From positions 86,332-150,331 of the forward strand of contig JAPLYT010000012.1 of assembly GCA_026395435.1 (NCBI GenBank): a DNA stretch of 64,000 bases. The letters run 5' to 3'. Source of the DNA: Candidatus Saccharimonadota bacterium (GTDB lineage: Bacteria; Patescibacteriota; Saccharimonadia; Saccharimonadales; AWTP1-31). Each line of letters opens with the position of its first letter. Positions within the stretch are counted from its first letter, which is position 1. Position numbers and translations under genes: made by a program. Of this stretch, positions 1-8,284 are shown one piece after another. Below the pieces are notes generated by a model. It did no database searches and was not told the origin of the DNA. It was given only the letters and a program-made list of their open reading frames with translations.

Positions 1-89
1 GTACGCTCGTTCGATCGAAATGATGTTGTGTTTTGGTTACGACCAGCAAATTTCTGACGATTTGCTGCTAACCCGCTTGAATAAGTCAT
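1..89 (-). CDS. 5' end of an unidentified protein gene that runs off the left edge
   Basis: ATG at 89-87 (minus) opens the frame MTYSSGLAANRQKFAGRNQNTTSFRSNER, which stays open to position 1. The fragment is too short to assign a family. Confidence 0.3.
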   Translation of the reverse strand, partial: MTYSSGLAANRQKFAGRNQNTTSFRSNER

Positions 90-397
90 AATATTTTACT
101 TTTTTTATTTATTTTTGTTTTTTGTATGAAACCTTCTGTTCGTTAATTGCTCTCCACACTTGAGTCATTTTGGTCAGATGTATTGCGGAACGGAAGAAGG
201 CGTATCTAAATACGTCGACTGAGTACCGTAAAATACTAGGGCCAAAATGGCCAAGAGGCGACAGCGTTTGCGAGCAAAGCTCGCAAACAACTGTTGCCGC
301 TGTGGTGAGCGATTTAGAGTACTTTTACTCGTACTTTATAGGCTCGGGAAGAACTTTTAACCTGGATAGGCATGTATTTCCCCTCTCTTTTGTTTTT

Positions 398-1282
398 TTA
401 TTTTTTTACTGCGACTCGTAATTTTGCACTACGAGCACGCGGATTGGAAACGATTTCAAATTTGTCGGCAACACTCGGACGTTTGGTCAGGACAGTAAGT
501 TCCGAGTCATAGACACTACCAGACCTATCGGCAAATGCTTTCTTCACTATTCGGTCTTCTAAACTATGGAAGCTAATGATTCCAAGTCTACCGCCTGGTT
601 TTAGCAGACTCAACCAGATAGGAATAGCACGTTCGACTTGCCCAAGTTCATCATTCACGGCGATGCGGATACCTTGGAAGGTACGCGTTGCGGGATGAAC
701 TTTATGGTAGCCCCTAAACTGTTGGGCGACAATTTCTGCAAGCTGGTGAGTAGTTCGAATAGGTCGTCCGTGCATTATTGCTCGGGCGATTCGAAAAGCT
801 CTTGGCTCTTCTCCGTACTCACGTAATATTCGAACAAGATCTGACTCGCTATAGGTGTTAACTATTTTTTCGGCGGTAAGCGTCTGCGATTGATCCATTC
901 GCATATCGAGAGGTCCATCTTGCTTGATGGCGAATCCCCTGCTTGCGATATTAAGGTGCGGTGACGACACTCCTAGATCAGCCAAGATCATATCAAATTT
1001 TCGATTATTCTCGGCAAGCTCTTGGCTTGCGTGCAGAAAATCATCATGAATGATATCGACATGCTGACCCTCAAATCGCGATTCAAGAAATTCTACTGAA
1101 TTACTATCGCGGTCGACGAGTACCATCGGCCATCCATTAGTACGCGACTGTATTGCACTGGCATGTCCACCGTACCCCGCTGTCACATCCAAGTATGTTT
1201 CCTTGGGTTGTGGGTCGAGATACTGGAGTACTTGACCCAGTAATACGGGCGTATGTTCTGTTTGGCTTTTTGTTTTTGTCAT
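398..1282 (-). CDS. rsmH: 16S rRNA (cytosine1402-N4)-methyltransferase RsmH
   Basis: 294-aa ORF with HTPVLL, the SAM-binding motif DVTAGYGGH, and LGVSSPH and FHSLEDR motifs typical of RsmH/MraW. It lies downstream of mraZ. Confidence 0.95.
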   Translation of the reverse strand: MTKTKSQTEHTPVLLGQVLQYLDPQPKETYLDVTAGYGGHASAIQSRTNGWPMVLVDRDSNSVEFLESRFEGQHVDIIHDDFLHASQELAENNRKFDMILADLGVSSPHLNIASRGFAIKQDGPLDMRMDQSQTLTAEKIVNTYSESDLVRILREYGEEPRAFRIARAIMHGRPIRTTHQLAEIVAQQFRGYHKVHPATRTFQGIRIAVNDELGQVERAIPIWLSLLKPGGRLGIISFHSLEDRIVKKAFADRSGSVYDSELTVLTKRPSVADKFEIVSNPRARSAKLRVAVKK

Positions 1283-1679
1283 TTTGGTGTTTTTGTTTTA
1301 TTCCGTTACACATATTGTAACAGGTATTTTTCAAGATCACCTAATCAGCAGTCAACATTTTTGTTTTTTTGGTTGTTTTTGTTTTTGTTGTCAATGGCTA
1401 GAAGTTCTAAGGGAGCTGATGTTATGTGTAGGTTGCCCTATATAACGCTCCTTTGATTTTTAGCCACTTTGAGAGACTTATGTGTGAGGTGGAGTTTTGG
1501 GAGGTGTTTTTTTGAGTAAAGTGCAAAGGTTTTTTGAGTGGTGCCTTCTACCCACTTGTTGACTGCCGAATAGCTAACCTCGAATATTTTCTTGTAACGC
1601 TTCGATACAAAAAAATTAGGATTTTGTATTCTTTTGTTGCTGATTGATCTGTTAATTGTTAAAGGACGGTTTGCCTGGG

Positions 1680-2039
1680 TTACACAGCCATAATTCGCCA
1701 GTATCGCCCTGCCCTTACAGCAGTGACTGCTCGGTCAATGCCGGCATAGTCTATGAGCGCCGATTCAAGTGTGATTCTTCCCTGTTTTTGATCCAGAGGA
1801 CTTTCGCACTTGCCCATTCGGAATTTCACGTTTAGATCCGCAGTGTTTTCATCAAGGATATTTCCCTGAAGAAGCGGTTCTACCTGTTCATCCCAAACAG
1901 ATTTCGGATACACGTGTAGATATTTACCAAAGCCACGAGTCACTACTACTCCCGATTCAAACTCATTACGAATCTCCACAGGTATAGTTAACCTGCGCTT
2001 GTCGTCGAGTTTGCGTTCGAAATAGTCGACTGTAGCCAT
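1680..2039 (-). CDS. mraZ: transcriptional regulator MraZ (short form)
   Basis: 119-aa ORF with two SpoVT/AbrB-type repeats carrying DxxxR-like motifs (LDDKRRLTIP and LDQKQGRITL). Its position upstream of rsmH fits. Confidence 0.85.
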   Translation of the reverse strand: MATVDYFERKLDDKRRLTIPVEIRNEFESGVVVTRGFGKYLHVYPKSVWDEQVEPLLQGNILDENTADLNVKFRMGKCESPLDQKQGRITLESALIDYAGIDRAVTAVRAGRYWRIMAV

Positions 2040-2111
2040 TGTCCCTTTCTACGATGTAACTGGTTTTTTTGTTTTATGTGCCGCGGTTTGTCGATGTATA
2101 GGCTTTTTGCC

Positions 2112-2159
2112 TACCCACGATTACCCACTGAATTGAGCATACTACCCACGGTTACCCAC
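2112..2159 (-). promoter_or_regulatory. four GTGGGTA direct repeats, putative MraZ operator
   Basis: TACCCAC on the plus strand at 2112-2118, 2122-2128, 2143-2149 and 2153-2159 (GTGGGTA on the gene strand). Spacing is 10, 21 and 10 bp, 73-120 nt upstream of the mraZ ATG. E. coli MraZ binds GTGGG repeats with 10-bp periodicity. Confidence 0.55.
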
Positions 2160-2200
2160 TGCAAGTACTTTCCATGTAAAATGACCTGTTTGTACAACAG

Positions 2201-2252
2201 TTATCCACAGGTATACAAAATAGGACTTATCCACACGATATATGGTGGATAA
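2201..2252. promoter_or_regulatory. cluster of three DnaA-box-like 9-mers
   Basis: Perfect TTATCCACA at 2201-2209 and 2227-2235 (plus strand). TTATCCACC lies on the minus strand at 2244-2252. The latter two form the arms of the terminator hairpin. Confidence 0.3.
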
Positions 2253-2260
2253 GTCCTATT
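2219..2260 (-). terminator. rho-independent terminator after the 2291-2710 gene
   Basis: Perfect 16-bp inverted repeat AATAGGACTTATCCAC / GTGGATAAGTCCTATT with a 10-nt loop. On the minus strand it is followed by TTTTGTATAC. Confidence 0.7.
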
Positions 2261-2290
2261 GTCAGACACTATTGTGAGTTGAACTAATGT

Positions 2291-2710
2291 TTACTGATCC
2301 CTTAGTGTTCCACTATGATCAACGCAAGCCATCTGTCCAATTTTTTGAGCACCGCTAACTGTAATCTTGTCACCTTCATGGAGATCTGGAAATACGCCAT
2401 TTGAATCTATGAGAGCATCTCCTAAGTCTGTGTGTAAATCTCTACGTAAAGTGCTTATGTCTCTACCCTGAGCATCAGTTATAGTTATCTCGTTCGCTCG
2501 GACGTTAAAATCTCGAAGTAGTTCGCCCTCGCCTTGGCGTGCGTCATCCTTAGTAGCTATAAAATTACATACTTTTGCAGGTGCAGAAGCCGGAGCTTCA
2601 GACGGTTCGAGTGCAAGTCCTGTCAATGCAATTACTGTTCCGGCAGTCAGACCGGCAATCTTACGACGTTTTACGTATTTTGGATCTGAATCAATGCGAA
2701 TCTTTTTCAT
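2291..2710 (-). CDS. hypothetical membrane-anchored or exported protein
   Basis: 139-aa ORF with a basic N-terminus, then a hydrophobic segment IAGLTAGTVIALTGLAL and an Ala/Pro-rich linker. I recognised no family motif. Confidence 0.6.
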   Translation of the reverse strand: MKKIRIDSDPKYVKRRKIAGLTAGTVIALTGLALEPSEAPASAPAKVCNFIATKDDARQGEGELLRDFNVRANEITITDAQGRDISTLRRDLHTDLGDALIDSNGVFPDLHEGDKITVSGAQKIGQMACVDHSGTLRDQ

Positions 2711-2761
2711 GATAACACTATAGCAAGCATTAGCTCTTTTGTCAAGTATAGGTTAAGCTGT

Positions 2762-4042
2762 TTACAGTTCTCGCGTTGGCAAATCGCCCCTCTTGAGAGA
2801 TTTAATCTTTCTGGCGTACCAGATAGCACTTGGGCGAATCGTTCGCTTCATGCCATGTTCACGATCTACATGTACCAATCCAAATTTTGGCCACCAGCCA
2901 AACTTCCATTCAAAATTGTCCAGTAAACTCCAATGGAAGTACCCTCGGACATCTACTCCTTCACTCATCGCCCGCTCCATTGCTACAATAGTTTCTTCTA
3001 TCCACCATTGCCGGTATTGGTCGGTGCTGTCGGCTACGCCATTTTCGGTGATGATAATTGGAGTCTTGTAGTGAGCCCATACTCGCACCAGAAGTGGGTA
3101 CAAACCTTCTGGTTCCATATACCAACCAAGGTCGTTTTTTGGTGCCCCAGGGTTATCTGGCTTAAACCCTTTGTAGTAATCGGTAAAATAATAGTTGAAG
3201 CCCACAAAATCTTGTTGTTTACGGATTCGGTTCAAGAACCACCAATTCCAAGCAAATCGCATCCAAGCAGTTGCAAATTCATCAAGCACGTTGTGAGGGC
3301 GCTTCGCCTGTATATTGGCCAGCTGAGCAGCAATACCAATCTGAATACTAGGCTTGGTTTTTTTAAAAATCTTATACGCTTGGCGATGGGCGTATACCAA
3401 ATTAATATACACTTTCATACAAGTATAAAAACTCTTTTTCTCGGGCACCCATTCTCCAGTCACATAGCCGAACACTGCATAGACATTTGGCTCGTTGAGA
3501 GTGATGACATATTTGAGTTCTGAGCCGTATTCATCGCCAATCTTCTGGACAAATCGTCGCCAATGGACCAAATTTTTTCGCTTTTCAAGCCCACCTAGTT
3601 CTGTAAACCATGTAGGCATTGTCCAATGCCATAGATTCAAAAAAGGCTCAATGCCCCGCTCCTTGAGTTCGGCAATATAAGTATGGTAATGAGCGATAGC
3701 ATCCTCGTCCCATACTCCCTGTTCTGGTTCAATACGAGACCATTCAATGCCAAATCGAAATGCATTAAGTTGCAGTTTTCGTGCAATATCAAAATCTTCT
3801 TCAAATCGCCTATAGTGGTCGACACCTTTGCCAGATACGTAGTTATTGGGGTCGCTGGCTTGAGCCTTGACTGACGGCCAATCAGGCGTACTTTTCGATA
3901 ACCGTTCTGTGGAGGTCTTGGCAAGGTCTGATGCGTGCGCAAGCTCCCATTCACTCCACTGATTAACCGTGCCACCTTCTACCTGGTGACTGGCAGTACT
4001 CGCTCCCCAAAAAAACCCAGCTGGAAATATCTTTTTAGTCAT
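2762..4042 (-). CDS. glycoside hydrolase family 1 beta-glucosidase
   Basis: 426-aa ORF with FFWGASTASHQVEGG at the N-terminus. It has the acid/base motif TLNEPN and the nucleophile motif ITENG. Confidence 0.9.
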   Translation of the reverse strand: MTKKIFPAGFFWGASTASHQVEGGTVNQWSEWELAHASDLAKTSTERLSKSTPDWPSVKAQASDPNNYVSGKGVDHYRRFEEDFDIARKLQLNAFRFGIEWSRIEPEQGVWDEDAIAHYHTYIAELKERGIEPFLNLWHWTMPTWFTELGGLEKRKNLVHWRRFVQKIGDEYGSELKYVITLNEPNVYAVFGYVTGEWVPEKKSFYTCMKVYINLVYAHRQAYKIFKKTKPSIQIGIAAQLANIQAKRPHNVLDEFATAWMRFAWNWWFLNRIRKQQDFVGFNYYFTDYYKGFKPDNPGAPKNDLGWYMEPEGLYPLLVRVWAHYKTPIIITENGVADSTDQYRQWWIEETIVAMERAMSEGVDVRGYFHWSLLDNFEWKFGWWPKFGLVHVDREHGMKRTIRPSAIWYARKIKSLKRGDLPTREL

Positions 4043-4128
4043 TACACCCAGTATACGCTAAGAACCTAGGCGGGCGTTAGATCTTTTATGGTGGGTTCGA
4101 TCTTGTTTTCTTTTAGTCAGCTGTCTAT

Positions 4129-4746
4129 TTACTTGGTGTGCTCATTGGTTTTACTTGGAGCACTACTTTTCGGCTTGGACGCTCGACCGTTGACCCTGTA
4201 TGCGAGTGCGGCACGCTGTTTGTCGAGACGGTCGATGTATCGCTCGTAGGCATTATATAAGTTGGAATAATGTCCGTTAGGCGTGAGGAGATTCTCGAGT
4301 TTATTTTCACTGGCCAAATACTCAACGAGGCTATAAAAGTCACCATCGCCACTGACGATGACCGCTTTATCGTACTGTTTCATTTCTTTGACAGCCCACA
4401 GCACAAGTTCTGCGTCGACATTGCCTTTGACGGGCTTTTTTTCTTCCACTTTTGGCTCTTCATTTGGCTTCAGCGCAGCTTCTGGTTTATGCACCCGCGT
4501 CATATCGAATGTCGGCTTCAGTACCACGAGATACCCAAGTTCATGCATTTTTAAATACATTTCTTCGTGCTCAGGCATATGACCAATGAACATAAATGCT
4601 TTTTCTACTCCGTACTTATCGCTCAGAAAGGTCCGAAATTTACGCCAGTCCATTTTCCAGCCCATCTTCTGAACACCGAGATTAAGGTTTTGATTATCAA
4701 TAAATGCGTAGTTATGCGGTTTTGGTTGTTTTGCCATTTGATTCAA
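4129..4746 (-). CDS. NYN/LabA-like (PIN-fold) nuclease domain protein
   Basis: 205-aa ORF with YAFIDNQNL, GNVDAELV and VSGDGDF acidic motifs, characteristic of LabA-like NYN domains. It has a basic Ser/Lys-rich tail. Confidence 0.8.
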   Translation of the reverse strand: MNQMAKQPKPHNYAFIDNQNLNLGVQKMGWKMDWRKFRTFLSDKYGVEKAFMFIGHMPEHEEMYLKMHELGYLVVLKPTFDMTRVHKPEAALKPNEEPKVEEKKPVKGNVDAELVLWAVKEMKQYDKAVIVSGDGDFYSLVEYLASENKLENLLTPNGHYSNLYNAYERYIDRLDKQRAALAYRVNGRASKPKSSAPSKTNEHTK

Positions 4747-4768
4747 TAATACCAGAGTTTACTCGACT

Positions 4769-5794
4769 TTACTCAGATGCGCCGAAAGCCATATCCTCAG
4801 AAGCGCCCTCAGTGACCCGCAGCGGCTTCTTGCTCCTTATCTCGTAGCGACGTCCTGTCAGTGGTGATTCGATGTAATCGTCGTTCAGTAGGTTGATGAA
4901 TTTGGTCAGATCTTTGACATCCATAATGATAATTGCCCCGTCATTGTCAGTCATCAGGTTGATCCCAAGATCTTCAGCGTGATCCATAAGATCAGATTGT
5001 TTAATAGCACTAGCATCAATTTTTTGCAGTTTGTTTACGAGGCTCTTCTGCCCTTGCACCAAATTCTCCCAGCTGAGTCCAATGTCGAAATTAAACGTGA
5101 AGTTAGCCTGAATTTCTTGCATTTTCTTGAGCGCAATTCCGTACTTCTTGGCATTATAGCCAAATAGCTGTTCCAGACGGGTTTGGCTAAAAGCATAGAT
5201 ATCTTGATCGAGCACAAGCAGTTGATTGTCTCCGGGCATGCGCATACTACCTTCTGCGTCGAATGGTACGAACTTACCGTCTCGAAGCATCCACGAAGTT
5301 GCACCTTTCATGACCATACTTCCAGGTAAAAGTTTGATGATATAAAACGGATACGGAATATCTTTATGACGGCAGCGTGCAAGTACACCCTTTACGCGCT
5401 TGAGGTCATGCTCTTCTTCGACAAAATTCTCGATGACACTTTCCTGCGTCTTTACCCAATTAAGTAGCTCTTGAGCTTTCTGTACGTTTGCCAATCTAGT
5501 ACGTTGCAAAACGTTTTCTTCTGCTTCCCCGTCTTCAAAATCTCGAACTTGCAATCCTTCTGCTGCGCCTTGGAGGACATATTCCAGTAGGCCATCGATG
5601 AGCAACGGCTGGAAAGATCGAACCAAATCTTTACTCACTTTTGTACGGTATACAACGTAATTTTTATTGAAAAGAAAGAGGTCGATATCTAATTCTTCTT
5701 TGATGGGCACCAGGTTGTTGGCCCACAAAAATACGTCAGTTCGCTCTGTGCTTGGTTCTTGATCCGCTATAGCAGATACTGCTTCTTCATCCAT
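4769..5794 (-). CDS. hypothetical protein, possibly DUF4868/KwaB-like
   Basis: 341-aa soluble ORF with GGAG 7 nt before the ATG. The C-terminal FINLLNDDYIESPLTGRRYEIRSKKPL and central LLVLDQDIYAFSQTRLEQLF resemble my recollection of KwaB (DUF4868) motifs. This is unverified. Confidence 0.5.
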   Translation of the reverse strand: MDEEAVSAIADQEPSTERTDVFLWANNLVPIKEELDIDLFLFNKNYVVYRTKVSKDLVRSFQPLLIDGLLEYVLQGAAEGLQVRDFEDGEAEENVLQRTRLANVQKAQELLNWVKTQESVIENFVEEEHDLKRVKGVLARCRHKDIPYPFYIIKLLPGSMVMKGATSWMLRDGKFVPFDAEGSMRMPGDNQLLVLDQDIYAFSQTRLEQLFGYNAKKYGIALKKMQEIQANFTFNFDIGLSWENLVQGQKSLVNKLQKIDASAIKQSDLMDHAEDLGINLMTDNDGAIIIMDVKDLTKFINLLNDDYIESPLTGRRYEIRSKKPLRVTEGASEDMAFGASE

Positions 5795-5943
5795 AATTAC
5801 TCCGTTATTTATATCAATTTAAGCAGCAGTTGTATGCCGGCATTATGGTATTCTAGCGCATTGATGCATGAATGAATGGTGTAAAATTTTCAGTCCTCAA
5901 GATTATAGACTAAGGTGCCAATGGCCCATTGTCAGCGATCAAG

Positions 5944-6360
5944 CTAGATCTTCGCACCAGCACGAGCTTTGTTTGCCCAAACGTCAGCCAACTCATTGCC
6001 TTCATCATTATTATGCCCACGGACCCATATCAGCTCAGCTTTCGATGTTCTGTAGAGCGGGCAGACTTCTTGGACGATATCCAAATTTTTAATTACACCG
6101 CCCTTTTTCTTCCAGCCATTTGCCTCCCAAGCGAGGGACCATTTGGTAATTACATTTATCCAAAATTCACTATCGGTGTGTATTTTGCATGGCTCTCCAT
6201 TGGCATCTTGAAGTGCGGCAATAATTGCTTTACCTTCCATCCGAATATTGGTCGAGTCTTCCTCGCTACCCAGAATTGCTGGCTTCATGTGTTTAATTAC
6301 AGAAAAACCGCCAGGTCCTGGGTTGGGGCTACAACTTCCATCGGTATAGTAAATTATCAT
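5944..6360 (-). CDS. rnhA: ribonuclease HI
   Basis: 138-aa ORF with YTDGSC..NPGPGG, the catalytic E in MEGKA, HTDSEF and GHNNDEGNELAD motifs. Confidence 0.9.
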   Translation of the reverse strand: MIIYYTDGSCSPNPGPGGFSVIKHMKPAILGSEEDSTNIRMEGKAIIAALQDANGEPCKIHTDSEFWINVITKWSLAWEANGWKKKGGVIKNLDIVQEVCPLYRTSKAELIWVRGHNNDEGNELADVWANKARAGAKI

Positions 6361-6815
6361 TAGACGGCTGTCTCGGCTTCGATTGCTGCCTTAAAATGAT
6401 CAATTTCATTCTGCAGTTGTTCGCCCATATAAATACTATTTCGAGTTAGGAATGCGTCCATAAATCTACTTAATATTCCGCCGGGTCTTCCGCCGATACT
6501 TACCACCACTTTTGTGGCATTTAACCCAGCAAATTGAAAATTATAACGAGTCTTAAAAACGAGGCCTTTAGAGTGCGTAGTGAACGTTAGAGCACGCGGT
6601 TTATTGTATCCGGTGATCTCGATCGTTCCCTTTCGAACTACCCCATCTTCTGTGCGCTCTTCGTACCACTTCACCCCTTTGCCTTCTGCGAGTAGTGATT
6701 TAACTTTAAGATCGGTGATCGTTGGAAGATATTTCTTTCGATTTGGAATATCCGAAAATATTGCAAATGTGTCTGCAACTGACAATTTTATGAGCGTGCT
6801 GGCTGATGCCTTCAT
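6360..6815 (-). CDS. SRPBCC-fold (polyketide cyclase/START-like) protein
   Basis: 151-aa ORF whose length and N-terminal pattern (VADTFAIFSDIPNRKKYLP) are typical of SRPBCC ligand-binding proteins. It overlaps rnhA by 1 nt. Confidence 0.6.
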   Translation of the reverse strand: MKASASTLIKLSVADTFAIFSDIPNRKKYLPTITDLKVKSLLAEGKGVKWYEERTEDGVVRKGTIEITGYNKPRALTFTTHSKGLVFKTRYNFQFAGLNATKVVVSIGGRPGGILSRFMDAFLTRNSIYMGEQLQNEIDHFKAAIEAETAV

Positions 6816-6877
6816 GTTTTGAATTCTCGTTTATTCTATACCCTCAATAGTATCATGAGCAGTACAAGAATAGACCA

Positions 6878-8236
6878 CTAAAGATCAGCTATTGCGACCC
6901 GAATTTGTTCGGTGGTATCCCGGTCGCGGACAGTGACAGTGTCATCTTCTAGAGTCTGGAAATCAATTACGACACACTTTGGCGTTCCAATTTCGTCTTG
7001 CCGTCGATATCGTTTACCGATGTTGCCATTATCATCCCACATCACTGTACCGTATTTCTTCTTCATGGCTTTGTAGACTTCTTGTGCTTTTTCGATAAGT
7101 TCTGGTTTATTCTTCAATAGCGGCGATACAGCCATTTTGATTGGCGCTAAGTCAGGGTGAAGTTTAAGTACCGTACGACTTTCACCGTTTTCAAGTTTTT
7201 CGATTGTATATGCATCGCTTACTACGGCTAAGAACATTCTTCCTAGACCAACTGAAGTTTCAATAATCCAAGGAACATATTTCTCATGAGTAATAGGGTC
7301 TTGATAGTTTAAATCTACGCCGGAAAATTTCATATGCTGCGTCAAATCATAGTCTGTTCGATCATGAAGACCTTCGAGCTCGTCAAATCCAAGAGATGGA
7401 AAATTGTATTCAATATCCCATGCGTCTGCAGCATAGAAAACGAGATTTTCATGTTGCTTCCATCGTAAATTATTTTCATTGATCCCAATATCTAAGTACC
7501 ACTGCCATCGATTATTCTTTGCTTTCTCATAAGCTTCTTTATTTTCGTTTGGCTTAACAAAAAATTGAGTATCAGCTTGCTCCATTTCTCGAGTGCGAAA
7601 CAAGAAATTACGAGGGCTAATTTCATTTCTAAATGCCTTACCAATTTGAGCTATTCCAAATGGAATCTTCATAGGTGTAGTATCGACTACATTCTTAAAG
7701 TTAAGATAGATTCCTTGGCACGCTTCACCCGGGAGATATACGGGTCGATCGTTGTCTCCAGTGAAATCTCCAAGATTAGATTTTACAAGTAGATTAAAAG
7801 CCTTTGATTCCGTAAAGTCTTTTGAACCGCATTTAGGGCATTTTATATTGCTACGATTTTCGTCAAAAAGTGTATTTATTTCCGTATCACTCATTTTTTC
7901 ATCAGCAGTGACGCCAATTGCCTCGAGTTCTTTGTCGACTCGAATACGCGTATGACATACTTTACATTCTGCTAGCGGGTCAGAAAAACCAGTCGCATGC
8001 CCAGAGGCATCCCATACTGTTGGATGCTTAAATATCGCAGAATCAATACCAACGAAATCGTCCCTATCCCTTACGTTTGCTTTCCACCATGCTGCTTTTA
8101 AATTGTTTAGTAGTTCGACGCCATATGGCCCAAAATCGTATAATCCTGCTTCGCCACCATAGATAGCAGAACCCTGGTACACAAATCCACGGCGTTTACA
8201 TAGGCTAACAATATCTTCTAGTTTTACATCACTCAT
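6878..8236 (-). CDS. glyQS: glycine--tRNA ligase (alpha2 type)
   Basis: 452-aa ORF starting KRRGFVYQGSAIYGG..GLYDFGPYG, with class II motifs and a C-terminal anticodon-binding domain. Confidence 0.95.
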   Translation of the reverse strand: MSDVKLEDIVSLCKRRGFVYQGSAIYGGEAGLYDFGPYGVELLNNLKAAWWKANVRDRDDFVGIDSAIFKHPTVWDASGHATGFSDPLAECKVCHTRIRVDKELEAIGVTADEKMSDTEINTLFDENRSNIKCPKCGSKDFTESKAFNLLVKSNLGDFTGDNDRPVYLPGEACQGIYLNFKNVVDTTPMKIPFGIAQIGKAFRNEISPRNFLFRTREMEQADTQFFVKPNENKEAYEKAKNNRWQWYLDIGINENNLRWKQHENLVFYAADAWDIEYNFPSLGFDELEGLHDRTDYDLTQHMKFSGVDLNYQDPITHEKYVPWIIETSVGLGRMFLAVVSDAYTIEKLENGESRTVLKLHPDLAPIKMAVSPLLKNKPELIEKAQEVYKAMKKKYGTVMWDDNGNIGKRYRRQDEIGTPKCVVIDFQTLEDDTVTVRDRDTTEQIRVAIADL

Positions 8237-8284
8237 GCCACGCAGTATAACAGATTGACGGCCGGTGCGTAAGAACAGCCGTGC

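Noticed and set aside
170-421. 83-aa plus-strand ORF in the rsmH-downstream gap
   Set aside because: It has no SD or promoter context. It runs through the hairpin-rich region and into the rsmH 3' end on the opposite strand. Its C-terminus is low-complexity (FVFLFFY), coming from a T-run. It is more likely non-coding.
1253-1456. 67-aa plus-strand ORF in the mraZ-rsmH spacer
   Set aside because: It is a translation of a T/G-rich low-complexity tract (FCFCHFGVFVLF..LFFWLFLFLL). It overlaps the rsmH start on the opposite strand and has no supporting signals.
2040-2290. The DnaA-box cluster interpreted as the chromosomal origin (oriC)
   Set aside because: dnaA and dnaN are not nearby. I could not delineate an obvious AT-rich unwinding element. 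Genes on both sides are on the same (minus) strand, so there is no strand-bias switch here. I kept it only as a possible DnaA-regulated or titration site.
2933-3523. Long antisense ORFs. These include a 196-aa ORF opposite the GH1 gene, plus 19080-19538 opposite the S41 peptidase, 54600-55157 opposite ileS and 46443-46871 opposite prfA.
   Set aside because: Each lies entirely inside a confidently identified gene on the other strand. They have skewed, low-complexity composition typical of shadow frames, and I recognised no motifs.
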